In this document: piece after piece, positions 53,324-64,000 of the stretch
Layout: every line of letters starts with the position of its first letter
Numbering within the stretch: position 1 is the first letter of the stretch
Origin: the human T2T-CHM13v2.0 reference genome, Homo sapiens
Assembly (NCBI RefSeq): GCF_009914755.1
Contig: NC_060944.1
Direction: 5' to 3' (one strand)
Length of the DNA stretch: 64,000 bases
Notes under the pieces: generated by a model
What the model was told of the DNA's origin: nothing
The model's database searches: none
Seen by the model: the letters and a program-made list of their open reading frames with translations, nothing else
Translations under genes and position numbers: made by a program

Positions 53324-54176
53324 TAGGTGATACCCTGCAGGAGGCCTTATAGAAGCAGAGGGGACATCCGAGGTAGCTCTTGAAGGACAGGGAAGAGTTT
53401 TCCAGGTGGACAAGGGAGGGGTAGCCGTCTAGCCAAAGGCACATCATGAGCTCAGGCATAGAGCCTGGAGGAGAGTGGCCTGACTAGGCAGCTGCAGCTG
53501 AAACAGAGGACAGCCAAAGCCAAAAGGGTACGGGATGGCCGCTCATGACAGGCCAGGAGCTGAAGAGCTGGGACTCTGTCCATCAGGCAATGAGGAGCCC
53601 CAGTGGAGTTTGGAGCAGGAGTGAGGGATGAGGGTTCTGCTGAAAGCCCCAGTGGGGGATTCCAGGTGTAGTGAGAAGAGAAGGAAAGCAGACAGAATGA
53701 GAAAGCAGTTGATAGAGTAGCCAAGGGGGTGGAGAAGAGGGAGGAAAAGGGAAGGAGGCTGGAGAAGGAGGAAAGACAGTCATCAGGTACCCATGGGAGA
53801 ACAAGTCATCCCTGCCTATGGTCCACAATAGGGCAACCACCACTGCCCAAGTCCTCAGAGGATTTCCTCCACATCCTGCAGGAGAGAGGCTGCCCTGGCT
53901 CTGTTGGCCAAGGCAGCTGGGGTGAGCCATGTGTCTCTCTCTGCCTCAGTTTGTCTCTCTGTTAAATGGGAATGCAACAACACCTACTTGATGGTTGTTG
54001 TGAGGAATTCCTGGAATAACAGATGTGATTCAACTTTTATCCCCTAATGTGATGTCCTCAGGTGGAGGTGAAGATGGAGGTAATTTCTAAGTCTGGGGCC
54101 TGAAAGCTGGGTTCAGAGACAGGCCACATGCCACGTCAGGTCAGACAGTGAGGTAGCTTTGCAGAAGGAAGCCAAG

Positions 54177-54537
54177 TGTATTAGTCCATTTTCACGCTGC
54201 TGATAAAGACATACCTGAGACTGGGAAGAAAAAGAGGTTTAATGGACTTACAGTTCCACATGGTTGGGGAGGCCTCACAATCATGGTGGAAGGCAAGGAG
54301 GAGAAAGTCACATCTTACATGGATGGTGGCAGGCAAAGAGAGAGCTTGTGTAGGGAAACTCCTGTTTTTAAAACCATCAGATCTCATGAGACTCATTCAC
54401 TATCACGAGAACAGTGCAGGAAAAGCCCACCCCCATAATTCAATCACCTCCCACCAGGTTCCTCCTATGACACCTGGGAATTGTGGGAGTTACAATTCCA
54501 GATGAGATTTGGGTGGGGACACAGCCAAACCATATCA
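54177..54537 (-). mobile_element. THE1B-like solo LTR
   Basis: tgtattagtccattttcacgctgctgataaagac...aaaccatatca; perfect TSD ccaag. Confidence 0.95.
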
Positions 54538-55864
54538 CCAAGCTTCTGGAGACATCCATTCCTGATGTGGGAAAGTGATGCCACGTATTCTGGCTGAATT
54601 AGTGAATTCAGTCCCTCCTAGGACACTGTATCTTGGCTACAGAGAGGCATCTTCACCCTGGAGGTGGGGACCACATGGTGGCATGGGACGGGGAGGAATA
54701 GCACACTGCACAGGGTGCTGGGGGCCTGCTCTGGTGCCTGCTCCCTCTGTGTCCTGGGTGGCGTGTGATGTGGCTAACGTGACTGCTCTGTGTCTGGATT
54801 CTGCATTGTGCCTGTGCCTGGCCTTGGAACCACTTTCACCCTGAAAAGTAACTCCAGGACTGTTGCTTCTGCCCATTGCCACTCCCCTGCCTACAAGATA
54901 AAGGCCATGCTTCTTAGCTTGGCATTCAAGGCCCCCATAATGACCTCCAACCCTTTTTCCTGATGTCTGCCCTGGCTCCGCCCCCTGGCACCTCCTCATT
55001 ATATTCTCTGACTGCACTTTTTACCCCATTCCTGACATTACACCCACCTAGTCTAGTCTACCACCAAGGCAATGACCCCCACGCCTCAGTAGCTAAAGCT
55101 TTTCCAAACTGTGATCTTGGGCAAGTTCCCTCTGGTGCCTCAGTTTCCTCATATGTAGGAAGGACATGACACGAGAGGCTGCCCTGTTGGCAGCTGGGAC
55201 TACTTCATTGTTTGTCTTGGGGATTAGGCAAGATGGGGTTGAACCAGTGACTACCTGAGGCTTCTGTCTACTCTGCCCCAAGACCACCTGCTCCCAAGCC
55301 CCTCTCTGGCACCATCTGTCCTCATTTCTGCCCCCAAGCTTCTGGCCTTTATTCTCAGAGATGGCCCTGGGTGTTGCACAAGCAAGGTTTGGCCTCAAAC
55401 AGACCTGGTTTAAAACTCACAGGTTGGGTGCCCCTAGACAAGTCACTCCTCTCCTCTGATCCTTAGGTGGGTAACAGGGGGAGCTCATGGAGACTGATGA
55501 GTTAACACTTGCAAAATGCCCAATGTCCAGGTGCTCCGTGAATGTCAGTTTCCTCCCTCCTTCCATGCCCAGTGCGGGTCTGGCTTCAATTCTGACGTTA
55601 AGTCAGCCCAGCAGCATGACTGGGAAGAGTGGATTCTGCAGTCTGCCGGGAGTCAGCTTTGCCATTCACTGGCTGTGTGAACTTGGGTGGGCCACTTAAA
55701 CTCTCCAAACTCTGAGTTTCTCATGTGTAAGATGGGGGCAATCAAGTGTCCACCCCTAAGCGTTGTTGTGAGGAGCTGGCAAGAGATCACAGCCCCGTGC
55801 CTGACACATAAGAAACTCTTAGGTAAAGCTTTGCTGCTACTAGTGATCTTTTCTTTCCCAACTC

Positions 55865-56649
<785 letters not shown>

Positions 56650-58349
56650 TCATTTGGTGAATATTTTTAAGGGAAAACAGCAAAGTTTTTTCCTATTAGT
56701 CGGTGACCTCAGCATGGCATCAATAGAAAAACAAGTTGGGAGGAGGGGTTGCTGGTGGCTATTGATAACTGTCATGGAGGGCTTAGGATGACAGCAGAGT
56801 TGTCCCTGGGGATCGTCGTGAACCTCAGCTTCGAAGCTAAGCACAGACAACACAGAGGCGGCAGCAGCCGGTGGGGATGTGTGTGGGCCTGCAAGTCAGA
56901 CCTGGGTGGATCCTGCTTCCAGCACCCACCAACTGTGTGGCTTTGGGCAAGTCCCTTCCCTGTTCTGGACCTCACTGGAGACATGTTTAATACACAGGGG
57001 CTGGGCTTGAATGTTCGTAAAGATGCTTTGGCCACACACAGGGCTGTGATTCTCAGAGAGAAAACCCCCCTTCCGCGCCCTCTCCCACTGCCAGGTGGAG
57101 ATGGTTAGGAGGTCGGGAGCCTCTGCAGGACACAGGGCAATCCCCATAGAGACACCAGCTTGCTCAGTCCGTCCGCCATCTTCATGGTCTTCTCTGCCGG
57201 CCCTCTTTACCTTGCATTTCCCAGCATCACCTCACCGACTCCTCTCATTGCCACATTTCTGTCCTGTCACCTCCCCTCACATTTTGCTGTCACCCACACC
57301 CTTGTAGCCATCCTGACAGGTTCCCACTGTCTCCCCAATGCATTCATAGACTCTCCTACAACTGCCATCAAATCCCACCCTCTTGCTTCACAATCCCTCA
57401 CAATCCAAATGTCAATTCCTTTTACAATTTCAGGTCACATGCCAACATCCATCCTCTTCACCCCTGCAACCCCCAGATGCTCTACAACCTCAAGGCACCA
57501 CCTCCACTCTCTACTACCACCCCTGAAGCTGCCCAGCCTTTGCCTATACTTTTGTGGTCACCTGGACCATGGTAAACGCTTCCCCTGTCTTCTCATTGTC
57601 CCCCTCACCCCACCCAAAACCAGCCTGAAAATTACTGAGTTCCCATTTGCTGCCTGGATCTCTGCTCCGTTTCCTCGTTTGATAATGAAGAGTTGTTAGT
57701 ATAATCTCTGCTTTGCACGTGGAGGACTTGAGGTTCAGGGAGGCTAACTAATCTGCTTGGAGTTTCACGGGGCCGATGCCTGAATAGCCGACACCTGGCT
57801 AATGTCATGCCTGCCCCTGCTGCCTCCTGCTTCTCTTACCCGCATTGTCTGACTTTCATCCTATTCTCTCTCCCTCCTCCTGCACACCCCCTCCCCACAC
57901 CTCCTCCCTTCCAAGTGCCCTGTGTCGAACTGAGGCAGAATGATCTGAGTACAAAGGATGGAAAGATCCAGCAAGCATGGAATCCTTTGGCTCTTGGAGC
58001 CTCAGATTTCTTAACTATAAAATGGGAGCAAGAGATGGTTCCTTCACGTGACTGCTATGAGCATAAGCAAGAGCATACCTGTGGCGTCATGTAACAGAGT
58101 TGGGTGCACAGAAAGCATTTAATGAATGAACAAAAATATTCCAGGCACAGGATGCCATCAGGTCATGAAAAACATCTTTTCCAGATCCCCCCACGAGGCC
58201 CACCTTTGTCCCCCTGCCTGTGCTCTGGGCTGGTGGGATGGTGGCACAGTCAGCTCCAGTAAGCCCTGTGGGCCAGAGGCTTTTACTCTGCACCTTTACT
58301 CAGCCCCTTAGGGAAGAAGACCCCAGATGAGGCCCCAGGGCACAGTTAT

Positions 58350-58565
58350 CAAGAGGCTGAGCAGAGCTTGGAGCCGGAAACTAGAGTTGAAATCCAGCTC
58401 TGCCACTCAATGGCCATCGAACTTCATCTCTTTGTGCCTCAGTTTCATCATTTGTAAAATGGGGATATAGGCTGTGCCCGTCTCATTGGGCTGGTTGTGA
58501 GAATGCAATGAGTAAATCCAAGCACCTTGGCACATGGTGAGTGCTCAGTAGATGTTAGCTACTGT
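58350..58565 (+). mobile_element. MIR
   Basis: tgtgcctcagtttcatcatttgtaaaatgggg. Confidence 0.8.
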
Positions 58566-59177
58566 TCTCACCACGGAACCCGCTGAGCCCCAGGAGCCAG
58601 AGATCCCTGCTTGGCACCAACAAGGGACCTGAGGTTGTGAGCTGTGCACAGAAGGCCAGGCCCAGGTCCAGGACGGTCTTTCTCCAGCCCCCTTATGTGC
58701 CAGGCTTTGTCATCGGCTCTCTCCACACCCAGCTTTTAGGAATATAATTATGAGACCCACTTCCAGGTGAAGAAACTGAAGCTCAGAGATGCTGAGAAAC
58801 TCCCCAGCTGGTAAGAGGCAGTCGGGATCAGAGCCCGGATTGGCTGTTACTTCAATTGCTCATCTCCAGCCATTCACCTGGCACTGAGGACCTGCTATGT
58901 GCCAGGCACTGTTCCAGGTCCTAGGGGTACTCTGCAGAGAAACATGGATATGATGCCTGCCATTCCTGGATTTCTACAAGGGCACGCTGCCTCAGGAGCA
59001 GGGGAAATTCAGGCCTCAAATCTTCTGGGCAAGCATTGTTCATAGGGTCAGCTGAGCTATGCATGGACAGGTATAAGTGGAGCTTGAAGAGTTAAAAAAT
59101 AAACAAGAGCCAAATATTTCTCTGGGTACTGATGACTGCTTGATCAATGAAGAAGGAAGAAAAGATTGGGGTGACTG

Positions 59178-59650
59178 GGGCTGCATTAATAGAGGTTTAA
59201 TAATCAGAATAAAGGAGGTGAGAGTCCCACTTGTTGCAATCTGGATCAGATCTCATCAGTTCTACACTCGCATGATAAGGAGAACATGGGGTCATTGAAC
59301 AGATGATATCAAAAGCAGCTAGGATGGCCTGTGGGCCTTGGCTGAAGAGCTGGGGAGGTGCATCAGGCAAAGAGGCAGCTTACTTGGGGCATCAGTGTTG
59401 TTTTCAGCTGCCCAAGGGTGTCTTATGGACTCACTTCAAGGAACTTGGGGGGCCTTAAGGTCATAACCTGGACCAGATAGTGAACATTACAGAGTTCTTA
59501 TGAGAATGAACTTTGACCTATCAAAATCCTCAGTAATGGGAGGCAGTTACTAGAAGCAGTGAGTTCCTTGTCACGTAAAGAGTGTGAGCAGAAGCTAGAA
59601 GATCATTTAACTAGGGCACTTGGGAGGCGTGTCGGACTAGGAAGCATCTC
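59178..59650 (+). mobile_element. L3/CR1 fragment
   Basis: ggctgcattaatagagg...ggaggtgagagtcccac...gcagtgagttccttgtcac. Confidence 0.65.
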
Positions 59651-59669
59651 AGGTTTCCATGCAGCTCAT

Positions 59670-60030
59670 GCCTAGAGTCTCTGCTTTTACTGTTCCTTCT
59701 GTGTGGAAGGCGTTCCAGGTACTGCCTTCTCATCCTTTAGGTCTCAGCTTTAATATCACCTCCTCAAGGAAGTCTCCTTTGATCACGCAAGGTAGGTTTC
59801 TTCCTCTCCCACCCCACTATTCTCTATTTCAGAGACCTATTGAATTCCTTCACAGGATTTTCCACAATTTGTAATTATTTAGTTTGTTTTACTTGTTTGA
59901 TGTCGAATGCCCTCAAAAGACTGCAGATGCAGGAAGGTAGAGACCAAATTATCTCTGTTTGTTTTGTTGTCTTGTTTACCAGCTGTGCCTCCAATACCTG
60001 GGATATAGCAGGTACTCAGTAAGCATTTCT
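59670..60030 (+). mobile_element. L2 3' end
   Basis: aggtctcagctttaatatcacctcctc...atagcaggtactcagtaagcatt. Confidence 0.75.
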
Positions 60031-60172
60031 TGGATGGATGGATGGATGGATGGAGAGATGAACTGATAGACAGATAGATGAATGATGGATGGATGAATGG
60101 ATGGATGAGTGGATGGATAAGTAGATGGGTGAATGAATGAATAAATGAATTTATGTGTGGGTGGATGGATGA
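60031..60172. repeat. Degenerate (TGGA)n/(TGAA)n microsatellite
   Basis: tggatggatg... directly follows the L2 tail. Confidence 0.9.
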
Positions 60173-60539
60173 CTTCCAGCTCACATATTTTCAGGTGTAA
60201 ATTCTCTGTGTGTTCAGGACATCCTTATATGTAGATTATCAGCAGAGAGCTGAGCTATGTGCGTGTTTCATTTCCAGTTCCTGTGGACAGGAATTATGAC
60301 GTCTCTGGGGAATCACTGTAGTGAACTGATTAGCAGCTAATTACAGGAGGACATTTTATGTTTTGACCCCAGAATTAACCACATGAACTTTGATGAAGAG
60401 GAAAATCAAGGACTGGGTGAATTCATTTAAATTTAGTTTAATATGTCCTTTCAGCACATAAGCAGCTAATAAAAATGGACATCTTTCATGTGCAAATCTC
60501 CTCGGAAGGTTCCTCCGTGGATGTTCCAGGGTCACAGCC

Positions 60540-60700
60540 AATTCTCTTTGAAGTGTGGCCCAAAGATCTCTAGAGGCAGGTTCGTGAGCTTTGTTAAAAT
60601 GTAGATTCTGGGGCCCACCCCAGACCCACTGAATGGGAACTTCGGAAGTGGGGCCCAGGATGGGACATTTCTGAAGCACTCTTGTCCGAGCTTAGGCTCC
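60540..60700. mobile_element. MER5A-like hAT MITE
   Basis: gctttgttaaaatgtagattctggggcccaccccagacccactgaat. Confidence 0.7.
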
Positions 60701-60741
60701 TGGGAAACCATCTCAGACAGACCCTAACAGATAATGAAACA

Positions 60742-61109
<368 letters not shown>

Positions 61110-61761
61110 TTAAGGTCACCCAGCAAATCCATGGCACAGCTCAGACTAGAACCTTCTCTTTTGTCTGCCAGACCAACAGCCTGTTCTTGATGATGGGTGA
61201 GAGTGAATGGAATTTAGGGTTAAAAGTAATCATATTGCTCCCATCTTAAACTTACATTTTCCAGTCCCAATTTTCTATGAGTAATGTCCATTAAATAATT
61301 AATGTTCCTGAAAATAGTCTGGGCTTCCTCATGCCTTTTTATTCCTGGAACATCAAACCTTTTCAGATCATAATTAATTAAGACTCTTGATGTCCCCGAG
61401 AGGTAGCCAGACACCCGCAGAAACTTGGTAATTGGTTCCGAATACCAAGAGACACAGTCTGCATTCTAGAATTTCCCTGATTTGAGAAGGGGATGGGACT
61501 GGAGAGAGACTAACGTGGCCCCGAGGGCTGCCACGCACCAGGCAATGTGCAAGTTGCTTCTCATATGTTCTCACGTCTCAGTCTTGTGACACTGGGAGGT
61601 ACGTGGAATTATCCCCATTTTACAAATAGAGGCAATGGAGGCTCAGACCACCCAAGGTGGCATTCTTCAGCCTGGTGGCATTGAAGGAGGTGGCAAATCT
61701 GTGTTACAGAACTCATCACATTCTCACAAATTGAGGTCAGCGTGGTGATTGTTCTACGCTG

Positions 61762-62087
61762 TTTTTTGTTTTGTTTTGTTTTGTTCTGTTCTGTTTAGAG
61801 ATAGCGTCTTGCTCTGTAACCCAGGCTGGAGTTCAGTGTGGTCCAACCATGGCTCACTGCAGTCTTGACCATCTGGGCTCTAGCGATCCTCTCACTTCAG
61901 CCTCCCAAGTAGCTGGGACTACAGGTGCATGCCACCACACCTGCCTAATTTTTTTATTTTTATTTTTTTGTAGAGACAGAGTCTTGCTGTGTTGCCCTGG
62001 GTAGTCTCAAACCCTTGACCTTAAGCAATCCTCCTGCCTCAGCATCCCAAAGTGCTGGGATTACAGGCATGAGCCACTGCACCTGGC
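61762..62087 (-). mobile_element. AluJ
   Basis: Antisense dimer; TSD ctaYgctg. Confidence 0.9.
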
Positions 62088-62484
62088 CTATGCTGGTTTC
62101 AAAACACGCTTTGCTCATGGCTTGACCACACTTGGTCAGCGTGGCTGAGAGGAGTGGAGTGAGTGTTCCTGGGACGCACTAGGAGGGTAATGAGGAAGGG
62201 TCAGCAGAGCTGGGGCCTGGGGTTAGACAGAGGCCACGCTGCAAAGAACCTGCCTCCAGGCAAATAGCTTGTTTTGTGCTATTTCTAAATAACCACTCCT
62301 CACACCCATCAAAGCCTTCATGGGGGTACCACACACAACCACCCCTAGCTGTTCATTCATTCATTCGTTCGTTCAACAAATATTTACTGAGCACCTGCTA
62401 TGTGCCAGGCACTGTCTCAGGCACTGGGGAAACAGCAGGGACCTCGGTGGTGACACAGACAATAAAGCAGCAGCAAGTTCATTA

Positions 62485-62968
62485 CTGTGAACCCTTGAAC
62501 AATGCGGGGGTTGGGGTGCCGACCCCTTACCCCGTGCAGTGGAAAATTCTTGCATAACTTTAAAACTTAACTAACCGCTTCACTGTTGGCCAAAGCCTTA
62601 CTGATTACATAAACACTTGATTCACAGATATTTTATATGTTTTATGCATTATATACTGTGTTCTTATAATAAAGCTGCAGAAAAGAGAATGTTATTACGA
62701 AAATCATAAGGAAGAGAAAGTCTATTTATTATTCATTAAGTGGAAGTGGATCATCACAAAGGTCTTCATCCTCGTTGTCTTCATGTTTAGGCTGGGGAGG
62801 AAGAGGAGGGGTTGGTTTTGCTCTCTCAGGGGTGGCAGAGGCGAAAGAGGTGGAGGAGGTGGAAGGGGAGGTAAGAGAGGCAGACACACTTGGTGTAATT
62901 TTATCACAAAAAATCTGCGTATAAGTGGTCCCGCACAGTTGAAACATGTGTTGTCGAAGGGTTGACTG
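62485..62968 (-). mobile_element. Tigger2a/MER28-like DNA transposon
   Basis: TIRs acccttgaacaa / ttgtcgaagggttgactg; minus-strand ORF ends EDNEDEDLCDDPLPLNE (transposase tail). Confidence 0.85.
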
Positions 62969-64000
62969 TCATTCATTAATTACCCATTGTCATCCATGCA
63001 ATGAAGGTCCAGGGTGTTGGGGGGCACTGTAGAGAGGGCAGTTAGGGAAGGCCTCTGTGCGGGGCTGACGTTTTAGGTTGAGAGCTGAAGGCTGGGGAGG
63101 AAGCAGATGTGGAAGATGGGGAACAGTGTGCTGAGGCTCAGAGTGGGGGAAAAGTGCCATAGGATTGTGGACTGTGGACTGTGGACCAGAAAGAGGACTC
63201 CCATTCCTGCCACTCCTGCCCCAAGAAGGGGGAGCAGGTATGTGGGGAGGGCGGGGCGAGGTGGTCCTGGCCAGCTGAGAAGTAGTGTTGGAACATGAGG
63301 GTGCTTTAGCCCCGGGTTAGGAAATGGGGGGCCATGGAGGGGTGGGGGCGAGGAGTGACACGGGCTGACTTAGGATGTGTAAGCGCCTTGTGGCTCCAGT
63401 GTGGACTGCAAGTGGGGGCAGGTAGGGGCTGTGGGTGGCTGCAGGGAGCCCAGGTAAGAGGTGCTGGCTGCTTGGTCTGAGGAGGGAGGGATGAGGCCTG
63501 AGCCAAGGGCAGACCCAGATATATCTAGCGCAGGGAGTGCACCTCACACAGGCTGACTTCTGGGTATTTGGAGACTCCCTCTGGGCCAGGGCAGGGACTT
63601 TTCTCCCATTCAATAGGTGGGAACACTGAGGCCTCCAAAGTGAAGTGATGTGCCTGAGTTCTCTCCGGCAGGTGCAGCGCTACACAAGGCCTCTGCCCAC
63701 CTTTGTGGCCTGGCTGGACCAGGGATCTTGTCCCTCAAGAAGTAAGCGAGTCCAGCTCAGGAGAGAACCCAGCCCTGCAGGTGCTCAGGGCAGACACAGC
63801 CTCGATTTACAGTGAACCCCTCCCCTGGACTGGACAAGGAGGGCTCAGAGAGGCTTGAGATGGAGCGGGGCTTGGGAGGAGGCTGCAGTCAGGTGGGGGA
63901 AGAAGATGAGAGGCCCGAGCACAGTTACATAATGACAATCAGCAGCAGCTGAGGACAGGCAGCTTTGATGGTGGTGGTGGTGGTGAGGTGGGGCGGGGTG

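Noticed and set aside
52187-54537. Two same-strand THE1 LTRs 1.6 kb apart, resembling a complete THE1 element
   Set aside because: Each LTR has its own perfect 5-bp TSD (tagag; ccaag). The intervening DNA is L1, MER21, L2 and MIR, not THE1-int, so these are two independent solo LTRs.
57160-57699. 179-aa ORF
   Set aside because: It starts at a non-ATG codon in C/T-rich sequence, where stop codons are rare, and shows no protein family signal.
60031-60172. Repeat array as a CRISPR-like or satellite element
   Set aside because: It is a simple (TGGA/TGAA)n microsatellite grown from an L2 tail in eukaryotic DNA, with no spacers or cas genes.

Overview
Primate genomic DNA, most likely human or another hominoid (L1PA2 and AluY are present). 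It is intergenic or intronic and dominated by transposable elements, and I see no supportable host protein-coding exon. Nearly all long ORFs in the track come from Alu, L1 or LTR sequence. Contents: about 37 Alu-family elements, MIR/L2/L3 fossils, MaLR and ERV LTRs, DNA transposon relics, a decayed ERVL pol, a full-length U6 retrocopy, an ~8-kb old L1M, and a full-length but disabled L1PA2 (39656-45717). The L1PA2 keeps an intact ORF0 and has an apparent 20-nt 3' transduction. The most notable structure is at 7161-8776 (minus strand). It is not a MER41 provirus or solo LTR. It looks like an L1-retroposed, spliced, polyadenylated MER41 transcript (R-U5-leader / splice junction / 3' internal-U3-R-polyA) carrying two intact GAS motifs. 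Three repeat-free, motif-rich islands are candidate enhancers. Repeat subfamily calls come from remembered consensus sequences, not a database search, and many boundaries are approximate. I found no evidence of a wholly new gene system.
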